Shown here: positions 13,203-28,176 of the stretch, piece after piece
Layout: each line of letters begins with the position of its first letter
How positions within the stretch are numbered: position 1 is the stretch's first letter
Origin: Octopus bimaculoides
Lineage: Eukaryota
Length of the DNA stretch: 64,000 nt
Direction: 5' to 3'
Assembly: GCF_001194135.2 (NCBI RefSeq)
Contig: NC_068982.1
Span: 118,979,438 to 119,043,437 of the forward strand
Program-made: the position numbers and the translations under genes
The notes under the pieces: model-generated
The model's database searches: none
Told to the model about the DNA's origin: nothing
The model's input: only the letters and a program-made list of their open reading frames with translations

Positions 13203-13206
<4 letters not shown>

Positions 13207-13275
<69 letters not shown>
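13207..13275. repeat. (ATCT)n tetranucleotide repeat
   Basis: Direct reading. Confidence 0.95.
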
Positions 13276-14607
13276 ACAATCTATCTACATATCTCTCTAT
13301 CAGTCTGTCTGGTTGTCTGTCTGTCAGACTATAACTAGGTAAATATTCACGTATATATGAATATGTGTACATACATATATATAGTGAGAATCTCTGGATC
13401 TCATTTGTTGTCTATACGNNNNNNNNNNNNNNNNNNNNNNNNNNNNNNNNNNNNNNNNNNNNNNNNNNNNNNNNNNNNNNNNNNNNNNNNNNNNNNNNNN
13501 NNNNNNNNNNNNNNNNNNNNNNNNNNNNNNNNNNNNNNNNNNNNNNNNNNNNNNNNNNNNNNNNNNNNNNNNNNNNNNNNNNNNNNNNNNNNNNNNNNNN
13601 NNNNNNNNNNNNNNNNNNNNNNNNNNNNNNNNNNNNNNNNNNNNNNNNNNNNNNNNNNNNNNNNNNNNNNNNNNNNNNNNNNNNNNNNNNNNNNNNNNNN
13701 NNNNNNNNNNNNNNNNNNNNNNNNNNNNNNNNNNNNNNNNNNNNNNNNNNNNNNNNNNNNNNNNNNNNNNNNNNNNNNNNNNNNNNNNNNNNNNNNNNNN
13801 NNNNNNNNNNNNNNNNNNNNNNNNNNNNNNNNNNNNNNNNNNNNNNNNNNNNNNNNNNNNNNNNNNNNNNNNNNNNNNNNNNNNNNNNNNNNNNNNNNNN
13901 NNNNNNNNNNNNNNNNNNNNNNNNNNNNNNNNNNNNNNNNNNNNNNNNNNNNNNNNNNNNNNNNNNNNNNNNNNNNNNNNNNNNNNNNNNNNNNNNNNNN
14001 NNNNNNNATATATATATATATATATATACATATACGTATATACACATACATACATACATACACTATACATTCATACATATATGCACATACACACACGTGC
14101 ACACACAGAGACATAGGCATAGGAATACATCGTTCAATTTAGCTTCAAATTTCATCCAATTCCATTTTAAAAGTGAAACATAATTTATACATTGCGCAAT
14201 TTCACCGCGAAACCTAACGCGATATTGCTTTTCCCGGCAGATTGTTTCCTTATATATGGATTGGAATCTCTCTCTCATTCTTCACCAGTATTCCCAATGC
14301 AATATCTTTTAATATACTTCACCAAATATTTTATAGTCATACATGCTAAACGCATGCATATATATATGAGGCTTCACAAAATATTCCCAATCATATTGTT
14401 ACGTGTTTCGGCTATTTCTAGAATTAAGCTCTACACAGCGGAAGAGATATAACAACAGAAAAATGAAATCTTCGACTAAATGGAATTTCCAAGATTTGGA
14501 TTGGTTTGGTGCATCAAAGTTTCTCCAGCCAAAAGTCTCTTAGACTCTCTCTTTTTCTCTCTCTCACATACACATATATATGTATATATGTATGGATATG
14601 CATATAT

Positions 14608-14935
14608 CTCTTTTACTCTTTTACATGTTTCAGTCATTTGACTGCGGTCATGCTGGAGCACCACCTTTATTCGAGCAAATCGACCCAGGACTTATTCTCT
14701 GTAAGCCTAGTACTTATTCTATCGGTCTCTTTTGCCGAACCGCTAAGTTACAGGGACGTAAACACACCAGCATCGGTTGTCAAGCGATGTTGGGGGAACA
14801 AACGCAGACACACAAACACACACATACACATACATATACATATATACGACGAGCTTCTTTCAGTTTCCGTCTACCAAATCCACTCACAAGGCTTTGATCG
14901 GCCCGTGGCTATAGTAGAAGACACTTGCACAAGGT
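14608..14935 (-). mobile_element. tRNA-derived SINE with internal (GT/AT)n, 5' end lost in gap
   Basis: Closely similar over ~330 bp to 16122-16450; ends in a (TTTTACTC)-type tail on the + strand. Confidence 0.85.
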
Positions 14936-15222
14936 NNNNNNNNNNNNNNNNNNNNNNNNNNNNNNNNNNNNNNNNNNNNNNNNNNNNNNNNNNNNNNNNN
15001 NNNNNNNNNNNNNNNNNNNNNNNNNNNNNNNNNNNNNNNNNNNNNNNNNNNNNNNNNNNNNNNNNNNNNNNNNNNNNNNNNNNNNNNNNNNNNNNNNNNN
15101 NNNNNNNNNNNNNNNNNNNNNNNNNNNNNNNNNNNNNNNNNNNNNNNNNNNNNNNNNNNNNNNNNNNNNNNNNNNNNNNNNNNNNNNNNNNNNNNNNNNN
15201 NNNNNNNNNNNNNNNNNNNNNN

Positions 15223-15262
<40 letters not shown>

Positions 15263-16121
15263 TATAGATATATATATATACACATACTTATGTATTTAGG
15301 AGTGTATATATATGCGTATGTATGTATGTAAGCATGCATATATGCATGTCTTGATATTTGAAAAAACATATTGTTGCCAAACCGCAAAATAAAATATCTG
15401 CTAAGTAAATTAGCACACACAAGCATAATAGTAATTTGAACTCAGAAAATAACGACAGTCAAAAAGCCGATGAACATTTTCCCCGGCGTGCTAAGGCTTC
15501 AGTCAATGTTTTGTTTCTTAGCTAACTTCTGCATTAAGCATTTAAAATTTCATCCACCTTTCTTGATGTCACTTCATACAATTGTTTTTGTGTGAGTATA
15601 AATTTATGCCAGCAATTCTTACAATGCATGGATACCTTAAGCGCTCTAGCATATAGGCGTGTTCTTTCTTTCGTTGGGATTCACAAAACAGTATTGTTGC
15701 CGTGAAAGAGTTTTCTCTGTGAATTATGCGTGATGAATTGCCAAATCTCAATTCCAGACGAATCATGACATGATGAAAACCATCTATTTCTTCCCCTCAT
15801 GTCTTTTGTTGAGCACTAACGCTTTTTTCTTTACATGAATAACAGATTTTGCAGTATACTCTTCAATCTACCAGAGACCTTATTAGTTGTTTCTTGAATT
15901 CTGTAATCTGCGATATTGGTATAATTAAATTTTGCAAGCGAATAAATCATTTAATGTGTCTGTAAATTTTAGGATTCGCTGTATCTATAATTATCGAGAT
16001 TAAAAAGCTGGTTGTTTCAGTTCCTTTCACGACGAGAATAAATATTTTTTACCTGTTTTATGTATTCCTTGTAAAAGATTCAGCTTCATATTTAGGATTT
16101 CATGTGTATTTCTGTTATTCA

Positions 16122-16528
16122 TTTTACTCTTTTACTCTTTTACTTGCTTCAGTCATTTGACTGCGGCCATGCTGGAGCACCGCTATTAGTCGAGCAAATC
16201 GGCCCCAAGACTTATACTTTGTAAGCCTAGTAATTATTCTATCGGTCTTTTGCCGAACTACTAAGTGACGGGGACATAAAAACACCAGCATCGTTTGTCA
16301 AGCAATGTTAGGGGGACAAACACAGACACACAAGCATACAAACACACACATATATATATATATACAATGGGCTTCTTTCAGTTTCCGTCTACCAATTCCA
16401 CCCACAAGGCTTTGGTCGGCTCGAGGCTATAGTAGACGACACTTGACCAAGATTCCACGCAATGGGACTGAACCCGGAACCATGTGGTTCGTAAGCAAGC
16501 TACTTACCACAGTGTGACTCCTGCGCCT
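16122..16528 (-). mobile_element. Full-length tRNA-derived SINE (~400 bp), CORE-like segment
   Basis: The minus strand starts AGGCGCAGGAGT...GTGGTAAGTAGCTTGCTTACGAACCACATGGTTCCGGGTTCAGTCCC (B box GGTTCAGTCC). It continues with an (ac)cttggkcaagtgtc segment reminiscent of the CORE domain, an internal microsatellite and a GAGTAAAA tail. Related copies lie at 14608, 18725, 51030 and 51285. Confidence 0.85.
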
Positions 16529-18652
16529 GTAACTTTCTGTAAATTTTCTGCAAATTTCTCAAATATTAATGAGATTTTATGGCACTCACTCGATTGTTTC
16601 ATACCATCTCATGTAATTTTGTATAATTTTGTCAGTTATGTTCAATTTGCTCCGCATAGCCACCACCCCGCTTGCATATTATTAAGCCTTGATAAAATCC
16701 ATGTCATGAATTCGAAAATATACATTTATCTGCAATTTTTTCCTTTTCTCTTTCTTTTCAAATGATGGTTATTTTGAGACAATGCGGGTGTCTCCTGTCT
16801 CAGGTGGTTTTTGATTTCAGATTCTTCGATATTTGTTTAAAAATAACTTTGTTATATTTTTACTTCCGTTTACCTTCATCCAATTCTGTCCTTTCCTTAT
16901 AAATGTCATGAAAGATTTGGACAGTGGCGGTCTCTGTATAAGTATATGTATATGTACATATTTATGTGTGTATGTGTTCGTGTATGATTCTATAAATAAC
17001 AAGGAGCAAGAGAGAGACAGAGAGAGAGAGAGTGAGAGAGACAGAGAGAGAGAGTGAGAGAGACAGAGAGAGAGTGAGAGAGACAGAGAGAATATACAAT
17101 ATCCACACATAAAACAAAATTGAGTTAGAATAGAAGAAATATATTAATATGAAAAATTGCACATGATAGAAATATAGCGATGTGCCTAGGAAATGTGCAG
17201 AAAATGTGCAGAAAATCACGTAGAGATTAGAGCAGATATGTGTGTGTGTCTGTATGTGCACATGTGTGTGTGTTTGTGTGGGGTATGGGCGTGCGTTCCT
17301 GTGTGTATGCATACATATACACTCAATCAGACGTTTACGAAAAAAGAAAGAGTATACACGTACATACCATAGACCTGATACTTGTGTGTTTCTACGTTCT
17401 TCAGTTTGCAGATGTGAGAGCCTGTGTGTATCAATGTGTACCTAATTGTCTATGAATTGTATAAGTCACTTCGTTCTAGCCAAAACATATGTGGATTAAG
17501 ACTTTCACCTCAATGTCAGTTGATATCTATAATAAAATCGTGAAACATTTACCAATCATGATATTATAAACATTTGCTACCCTCCAGGAAAATTCGCTTT
17601 TTATTAATTGGACTATACGTACGTATATACATACAGACGTAAATACATGCATAACAAACACACACTAACACACAGAGAGACTGAGATATAGATAGATAGA
17701 TAAATAGATAGATATAGGTATGTATTTGTGTGTGTGTGTGTGTGTGTACATGTATGTGTGTGTTTTTATAAACCCACACACACACACACATATATATATA
17801 NNNNNNNNNNNNNNNNNNNNNNNNNNNNNNNNNNNNNNNNNNNNNNNNNNNNNNNNNNNNNNNNNNNNNNNNNNNNNNNNNNNNNNNNNNNNNNNNNNNN
17901 NNNTGCATACTGTCATGGAATCTTGTGGGACAAGCTAACAAAGTAACAGCAAAAATAATGTGTCTAGTACATATTACGTACATCTTTAGCGTGTCCTCTA
18001 CTTACCTTTTTTTATTTTATTTTTTTTTTTTGCATCCACGTCTTTCAAAAACTTTCTCTTTCTAAAATTCTCAATAAATATTTCTCTTTAAAACAAGCGT
18101 CTAAGATTCCCTCCAGTCAAACAAGTAATTGATCAATCATTAAGCTCTAACATGATTGTTTATTTTATTTTATTTTGTTTTTGTTTTTTCTGATTTTGAA
18201 CAGCAGAAATAAATGTAACGCATTGACTTAAACGATGTAGCCTCGAAGTGGATACTGTGTATTACGTAGCATGACTTTTTTTCTTTTTTCAAATTGGGGT
18301 ACCTTATCGAGATGAACATTGGTTAGAACTTAGATCGAGTATTTATCACGCACCCGAAAATATCTTGCTATCTCGTTAGCATAATAGGAATTGTTTTGTG
18401 GCCTAGATTTAAATTTCCTGGTGGTGATCCTAGTAAGGGAGCACAAACGTGACGAAACACTAATGATTGACTGACCAAAAACATCACCGTGGCGAGGATG
18501 TTTTGTACACTTAGCGTGGAATGGGAGAATTCGTCTGCGATTAAAAATACAAAAGTGAAGAGCTATGAAGACATTTAAGTCAGTCATAACGCATTGAGAA
18601 TAAATTATACGTAAAATTTTCATTGTACGCAAACACACGCACACACACACAG

Positions 18653-18684
<32 letters not shown>

Positions 18685-18724
18685 CTTATCTTTTAATCCT
18701 TTTTCTTGTTATAGACATTAGAAC

Positions 18725-18900
18725 GCAGTCATGCTGAGGCACCGGCTGGACGGATTTTAGTCGGAATAATTAACCCCAGTACTTATTTCGTTTCTAAGAT
18801 TGGTACTTAATGTACCAGTCTTTTCCCGGACCGATAAGTCACGGGGACGGGAAATCACCAACACCGGTTGGCAGTCAATAGTGGGGAACAACATAGACAC
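18725..18900 (-). mobile_element. Decayed 3' part of the 16122-16528 SINE family
   Basis: gcagtcatgctgaggcacc...gtcggaataattaaccccagtacttatt...taagtcacggggacg...acaccggttg aligns to 16160-16320. Confidence 0.65.
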
Positions 18901-20299
18901 AAACACACAGACACATACACACACATACACACACGCACACACTCACACACACACACACACACACACACTCATGTACACAGACACACACACAGACACTCAC
19001 TCTCATGTACACAGACACACACACATATTCTTTCAAATCCACTCAAGCTATAGTAACAACAATTTGTTTAAGATTAGAGGAGTTATTGATGTTATAGCTT
19101 TTAACTGCATGCTTATGGGTTAAAATATGTATTTGTTTCAATCGAGAATGAAGGATATTCTTTTTAGAATGATACTAAAGGTCATCTGCAATATCTTATT
19201 TGTCTTGGTTGTAAATATAATTAACAAATGCTATTTAGCAATGGTTATTGATGTTGGAGGTGATGCATCTTCAAACCAAGTTCATTTCAACGAATGTCAA
19301 TCTAATATTTGGCTTTGACAATATTTAATAAGTTTGCTGGCCATAGTAATATATAGTGCTATTTTAAAACTTTCTGAAATACCTTTAACACCTTGTTGTG
19401 TCTCCAATGAACGTTGTGATTTCGAAACCAGATTATTTAATACTAACAGGCATACGTGGTAAAACGCAAGTGCGGTAGATAAAGCTGTTAGAAATAGCAG
19501 ATACTACTGTTTAAAAATAAGAATGTCATATCATAACTGAAAATATGATATCAGATACTCGGTGTTTGAACAAGAGACAGAGAATTTATGACTGGAAAAT
19601 TTGCATTGCTGGTTTCTAGGAGCAAAGTAAGCCGTAATGTAAACACAATGACTTAAACTTATAACCTAAAGAAGGAATCGAACTTCGCTTATAAAATGTA
19701 ATGTGTTTAGTAACACAACACAGCACTTGATCACCAAGGGGAAAGTATCGGTTAAATTCCTCTGACGTTAGTAGCATAGTGAAGTCAATTACTAATGAAC
19801 GTTTTCTTGATTGTCTGCTGCACTGCATCTTCATTAAAGTTATATTACACACATGTTGTAACGTCATATTTGTTCTGCAAGTATTACCAATACGATTTTA
19901 CATGGCTTCGTTCATTCAACCATTCTCAGAATGTAATGTTGACCGACGGTTTGTACTTGTCGTTCAAGAGTGCGTTGCATTTAGTAACGGAGATAATAAC
20001 ATTTTATACGACATTTGAAGAAATTCCTGTGAACGGCAACGTGAAAGATTAGAGCGGCGTGAAATGAAGAAGTGGCATACACAGGAGGTGGGTTTGGTGT
20101 AGTAGAGGCTGGATGAATAGCTTGTGTTGTATCTGTTCTCGTGTGTTAGGAAGTGGAATGGAACTAGTTTAAACAGTTCTTGTAATTTTAAATTTCATTA
20201 AATGCTTCAGACATAATTTCTACTTTGAATAATTAAATTCCTTCCTTGCCTTTACTCTATAACTGTGGCTTCGTGTTGTTTGTTTGCACGCAGATAGAT

Positions 20300-20407
<108 letters not shown>

Positions 20408-20482
20408 CTCCATATGTCTATAGATATATAAATGTAAGCATATGGATTTATGCAAATACACAGACACACACACACACACACA

Positions 20483-20521
<39 letters not shown>

Positions 20522-20756
20522 ACATACACATTGCAATATGTACATGTATACCCATTTGCTTGTATGTTTTATATAATTATACAAACATACACGCAGAAAC
20601 ATATATGTTTTTACAGTATACAAAAGTAAGAAAGAGTAGAGGTAGATAGTTTAGCTGGAATCTCTTTATTTTACTTGGATTTGTCAGTCGTATCGAGATA
20701 TTAATACTTATTTCTAAATCTGTAGCTTACTATTACAGAGTTGCAAACATACCCGT

Positions 20757-20789
<33 letters not shown>

Positions 20790-20989
20790 CTCTCTCTCTT
20801 GTCTCCATTCCACTCTACCTTTCTCTAACAGACGGACGAATCAAATATAAATGTGTGTGTGCGTGTGTATACGTGTTTGTGTGTGCGCTTGTGCATGTTT
20901 GTGTGCATACGTGTGTGTGTGTGTGTGTGTGTGTGGAAGCAAATAAATGTAAAAAGCAAATGAATGTAAACAATATCCTTCTAATGGTT

Positions 20990-21565
20990 AGCCTACTTAT
21001 TGATTCAAAGGAAGGAGGACCGCTTTGATTTCTGCCTGTGCTGTATATCGGGACCATCACGTTTCAATGACTAGCAGTAACCTACCATCATGTTGACATT
21101 CTATTTGCCCTTGTATCGAGTTTCCATGGTGCAAATGTGTTGATGGAACCACTCTCCTTGTTCTTCACTGTAGTCTCCGCAATTCTTGGGAAAGTAGTCA
21201 AGATGCGAGTGTAAAAACTGCATCTTCGCACTCATTCTAGACCCTTGTTGTTGGAAACCTGATATCAGGTCTTGATCATTTTTTTCATATTCTGGGGAAT
21301 GGTTGTTTCCCAAGAAGTTTTGGACAATATTCTTGAAGGAAAACCAGGCTTTCACTTCGACACCTGCTAATGCTTCCTCAAAATGCTTGTCCCTCATCAA
21401 TTCCCGAATCTAAGGGCCAACAAAGATTCCTGCTTTTACTTGTACGAGGAAACTTTCACTCCAGGTAATTGAAAGCAGCTCCATTCTTGTTCAGGTCTTC
21501 GCAAAATTGTTTATAAGCCCTAATTTGGTGTGGATTGGTGGCAGTAGCATTTTTGGTAGTGTACA
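20990..21565 (-). mobile_element. Degenerate CMC-superfamily (probably Chapaev3-type) transposase, C-terminal part
   Basis: Translation across frameshifts and stops: KMLLPPIHTKLGL/KQFCEDLNKNGAAFNYLE*KFP/KAGIFVGP*IRELMRDKHF...AWFSFKNIVQNFLGN...MSAKMQFLHSHLDYFPKNCGDYSEEQGEWFHQHICTMETRYKGK*NVNMMVGYC*SLKRD. It carries the LH...G, H(3-4)H and catalytic-E (SEEQGE) blocks of this family. The subgroup assignment is from recall, not from a search. Confidence 0.75.
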
Positions 21566-22439
21566 CACAAAATACGCATATGCAATAAATATGCATATGC
21601 TCATTCTCACTCACACTCGCGTGAACCACATACATGTGCACTCCCCACACGTATATATGCCCTTACACGCACAAATATGCTCATATACACGTCTATATAC
21701 GCACATGCACAAAAAAGCAGGGTGAAAGGTAACAAAAATAAATAGAAATATGTAATATATATATATATATATAAATATATANNNNNNNNNNNNNNNNNNN
21801 NNNNNNNNNNNNNNNNNNNNNNNNNNNNNNNNNNNNNNNNNNNNNNNNNNNNNNNNNNNNNNNNNNNNNNNNNNNNNNNNNNNNNNNNNNNNNNNNNNNN
21901 NNNNNNNNNNNNNNNNNNNNNNNNNNNNNNNNNNNNNNNNNNNNNNNNNNNNNNNNNNNNNNNNNNNNNNNNNNNNNNNNNNNNNNNNNNNNNNNNNNNN
22001 NNNNNNNNNNNNNNNNNNNNNNNNNNNNNNNNNNNNNNNNNNNNNNNNNNNNNNNNNNNNNNNNNNNNNNNNNNNNNNNNNNNNNNNNNNNNNNNNNNNN
22101 NNNNNNNNNNNNNNNNNNNNNNNNNNNNNNNNNNNNNNNNNNNNNNNNNNNNNATATATATATATATATATATAAATATGTATATATATATACATATATA
22201 CATATATAACACTTGCCAATACCTATTAGGAAAAGTGTTAGCATAAACACTTTTCCATTGCCATGCGTACACGATATTATTACACGGAATTCTTCATCTG
22301 CAATTTTAGTGATTCTGCATGAGGTAAACCTTCTTTTTAAACTTAAGCATGCTTTGCCACATTATTTCTTTATTTTATTTTCCATATATATTGAATCTTA
22401 CAGATTGCTTTTTCCAGTGCCTTAATTTCTCTGTTCTCC

Positions 22440-22610
22440 TCTAAATTTCGAGGAATGGTTTGCATTTGCTTTCCACCGGTGACTATATTATTGAATAACA
22501 TTCTGGCTCTGTTTTTATGGTTGGTAGAGTGGGATTTAAGATGCATTTAGCTCGATTTTCTAGTATGATATGCACCCACGCGGGATTTTCTGCACTGATA
22601 AAAGTTATAC
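22440..22610 (-). mobile_element. Possible highly decayed mariner transposase fragment
   Basis: AWVHIILENRAKCIL followed, after a frameshift, by NIVTGGK resembles WVPH.L...NR...RIVTGDEKW. Confidence 0.35.
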
Positions 22611-24019
22611 TGTTGTGAAAAAAAATTAAAATATGTTTACTTAGGAAATGGTTATTACAATACGCGTGATCGATATACAATATGGACTGTTAATTGTTTT
22701 CAAGAGCAAGAATATAATTTGTTCGCTAACTATTGTGCTAGTGACTTCAGAGACGGTGTTTCTCTCCAGTCATAACTCACATTATAATAGTCAGAGTTGA
22801 TAACTCTGAGCCATACATTATTGTCAGCTGTTGAAGTTTTCTTCCTTAAGACAAACCTCATGAAATACAAATTTCAGTATTTCCAAATATATCTGTGACA
22901 TTTAAATATCATTGACTTACTCAAGTTGGTCATTAATATGTATGATATTTTTGACACTAAAGAAGAAGAAAAGCAACGTCAAATAAAATGAAATACATTA
23001 TTAAATATAGGTTATTGACGGTCAGTTGTTTCCTTAATGTTTATTATGTTTCAAGAAAGCAAAAAGAAAAGACAGAATATTGATTACATTATTTCTTTCG
23101 GGAAACGAAGACAAAACTCTACATTTATGAACAGGAAATAGGAAGCGAATGTTAATTGAAATAGAGAAATATAAAGCAAATGTGTAAGACAGACTAAAAT
23201 TTTATAATCATTTCGGAAACTCACGTTTCCCGCCCAAATGTGGTCCGGGCACGGTTTTCTTATTTTTCCTTTTTTTTCTTTTCAGTTCAAGAAAACTAAC
23301 TAAAGTACAGAAAAAATACAATACTACCAAATATTTCGTGCTGAATATTAGTACAGATCTCATTCATATACGTACTTAATAATGTTATGCGCGCGCGTGC
23401 GTGTGTGTGCGTGTTTGTGTGCAGAGAGAGAAAGAGTGTCTGCCTGTCCATTAGGTGTGTTATACTTGATAGAAGACGTGAATTATTATATCTTGACTGC
23501 CTTAAAGTCAGTTATATATGTATAGTCGTACCGCCTAGGTATGCAAAATAGGCAGAGTCTACGCTGAATAAAATAGGTCGATAGTAATATCTTCCTTTTA
23601 TGGCAAGATATGCACCTAATTCAATAAAATTATGAAGGCTACTCTGATTACTATGCATTAAATGCAAAATATTTTATTTTTTGCAAATTAGGAAAGCATA
23701 ATTCGCCCCTGCTTTTCAATCTCAGTATTTAAGCTACGCATAGTATTGCTGTAGTGCTATAAAGGCAGAAGTAAATTTGCCCTTAACTCGGTTGCACGCC
23801 TCTTTCGCTTTTTTTTATTTTTGTGTGTATTTTACTACATAAATTTCACCAACTGCCTACCCTGAGTAATTACTGGCGGCACGCGCCTGGTATTTATGTA
23901 TATATGTAACGAAACATTTTCATGAGAAAGCGGAGGAAGTTAGATGCGTCACAGAAAATTAAGAGGGCTGATGTATCTGTATTTGTGTCATTTTATTCAT
24001 CACTCATCTTCATCTTTCC

Positions 24020-24082
<63 letters not shown>
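24020..24082. repeat. (ATT)n microsatellite
   Basis: Direct reading. Confidence 0.95.
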
Positions 24083-24083
<1 letters not shown>

Positions 24084-24150
24084 AGATGAATAATCTGAGG
24101 TAATGAACCCCTCAAAACGTATTTCTCTCTCCTTACACACATACACACGC

Positions 24151-24203
<53 letters not shown>

Positions 24204-24265
24204 ATATATATATATATCTATATATATGTATATATATATTTGTGTGCATGTGTATATTATATATA

Positions 24266-24322
<57 letters not shown>

Positions 24323-26095
24323 ATATACAAAATAGTTTCGAAGGATAATCCTGGAGGTTATCGTGTTGGCTCTTATATCGGTTCTCAAATGTCGGCTAGC
24401 CACAACGAATGTTTGTGAAAATCAATTTAGTGAGCATTTACTAGACTCGGTTATTACCATCGCTTGGTAAATCTGAATGTCCTTTTAAGGACTGCATAGA
24501 TTTGGTAGAGAGATTAATGAAATTAATGAAAATCAGGTGAACGGAGATTTACATATCCAATTCTATTATCCTTTTCTTTTTATATTTTTCGTTTCTTAGA
24601 ACTACGCACGTTTCGGCTGCAAACCGCTGCACACTGCTCAGTGTGTATCTTGGTTTTAATTAACACCAAGGCTACAACCTTCTGAATCATCACGCTCAGA
24701 AAATGTGAGGACAGAGAGACAATTCTAGTGAGCTGCATTCTGAAAACGAAGTGACTAGACGTACTAATGAAAGCAGTATCATTAATGTATTCCCAGAATG
24801 AAGTGCCAAGTTGTAAAAGATTATTAGAAAAGTTTGAATATTGTGTGAAGTAAAACAGATCATAGGTGCATAGCCATTGAAATAGTGTAGGAGATGCAAA
24901 AGCTGTAATAAACAGTACTGCTGTGTGTCAGATTTTGTTGTGTTGGGGAGTTAATTGCCAAACTCGCTAGATATGACATCATTATTCTGAACGAGGGCAT
25001 GTTTGCAAGTGGCTGATTTTTAAGCATTTCTTGGTTATGTAGTGAGACACTTAATATATGATTTGGGAAAGATAGCTTTTTGAATATTATAATACTTACC
25101 ATTCACAGCAGTGTTTTAGTTTCTTGCTGTATCCATAGGAAAAAAAATATTTATGCAGTGAATTTAAAATATATTAATTTTCATTGCTATTTTAATTTTG
25201 ATTGAGTAAATATTTTGATAGTAAGTTTACCTGTGGTAAGCAAAGAAGAGACCACGAAATCATAATGATTTCAGCACCAACTAACTTACCCACAAAAACA
25301 CGTACACATTCACGCACACTCAAACGTGCACACACTCACACGCACGCACGCACACGCACACACGCGCGCACACACATGCACACACGTCCACGCACACATA
25401 CATACAGACATTCGCACATAAGACTCCGGGAGAAAACGCAAGTAATGGGAATAGTGCGCAGGAAATACTTGTCTACAAGATCAATATATTGAAAGTGTCT
25501 AGCAGTAAGTTTTAATATTTTCTATGAGTAAATATTGTTATTGCCAAACCCACTCATTTGCCATTTCCTATCAAAGGAAATGCCTAAGTACATCAATCAC
25601 ACGCTCAGAAACATTCTTTCTCACGGTCTTAAATATTGTGTGCTGATGTAAATATATTTATGCATGTATGTATGTATGTATATATATGTGTATATACATA
25701 CATATATATATATATATTTATATATATATATATATGTGTATATATATATATANNNNNNNNNNNNNNNNNNNNNNNNNNNNNNNNNNNNNNNNNNNNNNNN
25801 NNNNNNNNNNNNNNNNNNNNNNNNNNNNNNNNNNNNNNNNNNNNNNNNNNNNNNNNNNNNNNNNNNNNNNNNNNNNNNNNNNNNNNNNNNNNNNNNNNNN
25901 NNNNNNNNNNNNNNNNNNNNNNNNNNNNNNNNNNNNNNNNNNNNNNNNNNNNNNNNNNNNNNNNNNNNNNNNNNNNNNNNNNNNNNNNNNNNNNNNNNNN
26001 NNNNNNNNNNNNNNNNNNNNNNNNNNNNNNNNNNNNNNNNNNNNNNNNNNNNNNNNNNNNNNNNNNNNNNNNNNNNNNNNNNNNNNNNNNNNNNN

Positions 26096-26154
<59 letters not shown>

Positions 26155-26565
26155 CTGTGTGTGTGTGTGTGTTTGTGTGTATGTACGTATGTATGTATAC
26201 AGAGAGAGACACACAAAGAGAGAAAAGGGAGAAGCGAGATAAATTGATTGAAATTCCTGTTAACATGATTATAAACAAGCTATCCATTTGTAGTAGAGAG
26301 TTTACATGTGCAACTCGTAAAAATCTCTATCCTGCACCCACACTTCCCATCAGCTTAACGCAACTTTCACCTACTTTCTAAATACTTTTATTAACCTCCT
26401 CGTCCCTTTTGAGTTCTACGTCCCTGAGTTTACACCTTAGCCGATCTAGTGCCCCACTGCATATAGTAGCTGCTATGCGGCTAACTAGCGGCAGTTCAAC
26501 TACTTGAATGCCTGTCGAATTAAACTTTGTTTTGTACATTTTTCCGTAACGGGGTATGTCATCGA

Positions 26566-26644
<79 letters not shown>

Positions 26645-27711
26645 TCTCTCTCTCATTACTTTGTAAGAAAAAAGCAAAACAAAACTACTTGCTGCCATGA
26701 ATGTTGTTAAATGCCATACTTGTTTGCCAGAAAAAAAAGCTCCCGACTGAATCTTGTAGCTGCAGTTCTTACAATACCTGTCATTTCTCACTGACCATAC
26801 AGTTTACAATAATATCTATGCATTTGCATATTTTAATCTTATGCAATTCGTGCTGATGCAGTGCAGAAAATGAATGCACATTGGTTCAGCATCTTCTAAA
26901 AATGATATCCTCTGGCAAGCTACTGATTATGTCCCACATAGTTAAGGAAATATATTTTAGATCCTGGAATCAATATGGATTGTGAATATTGTGTAAGTTC
27001 TGTAAAAGAACGTACATCGCTGCGTGAAAGATCTTGGAAAATAGAAAATAATTTATTCATTCATTGATACTACATGTAAATTTGTATTTATTCATATCAT
27101 ATCTCATTTATTAAATTACTTCTAACACTATTTATAGCAATATTAATTTGCAATTATATTTCACACAAAATATATACACAGTATATCCTTGAATGCTTAA
27201 CGTATTAAAATTCCTCACTTTGCTAATCATATACGTCCATAAAATTAGTCTCCAGTTTTAAATATGGTGATAAGTAGAAAATATTCTATTTCACCTTTAA
27301 ATTTATTCATACTTTATATTCAGGTATTACGCTCTATGAATCTGTAAAATTTCGTAAAATTTCAAATATATTGAAAAACTAACGAAACTTCAATTTATAG
27401 TTCCTAATTAATTACTTAATATTTTTGAAGTATAAATGCCTTTTAAATGTGAAACAAAGGTAAAATAGATTAGTCTTTATTTTGAAAGTTCTTATATGAA
27501 ACAATAAAACAACTTGCTAAAGTGTTAATTTTTAAATGTACATTTTGTTAAGGCAAGAAATCCATATCTGAATGAAGTATGTATGTATGTATGTATGTAT
27601 GTATGTATGTATGTATGTATGTATGTATGTACGTATGTATGTATGTAAATGCAGATAGATAGATACATATATACATACATACATGCATACATACATATAG
27701 ATATGTGTGTG

Positions 27712-27756
<45 letters not shown>

Positions 27757-27779
27757 GTACTTAGGTATGTATATATACA

Positions 27780-28060
27780 GGATGGACTCTCCGTTCGACG
27801 ACGAGGTATGAGCGTTCAGATTTTGCCCATTGACCTGAACAAGTGATTTGTTTATAGTGTTCAAATGTTCTTGCTGCACACTAGATCAATCTCTCTGTCA
27901 AAATCGACGTTGTCTGAACAGGCACACTGTTTACCATGCGTTAGATGTCAAAGTGATCGGAACGTGAGATGAAATGTTTTGCTGAAGAAACCAACGTGCA
28001 CACGGTTTCGGAACTGAAGCCAGGATCTCACGGTGGTGCGTGCATCTCCCTAACAATTAG
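27780..28060 (-). mobile_element. Decayed tRNA-derived SINE (third family)
   Basis: The minus strand has a tRNA-like head, then agcaaaacatttcatctcacgttccgatcactttgacatct...aacatttgaacactataaacaaatca, homologous to 41545-41820. Confidence 0.6.
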
Positions 28061-28065
28061 GCAAC

Positions 28066-28176
<111 letters not shown>

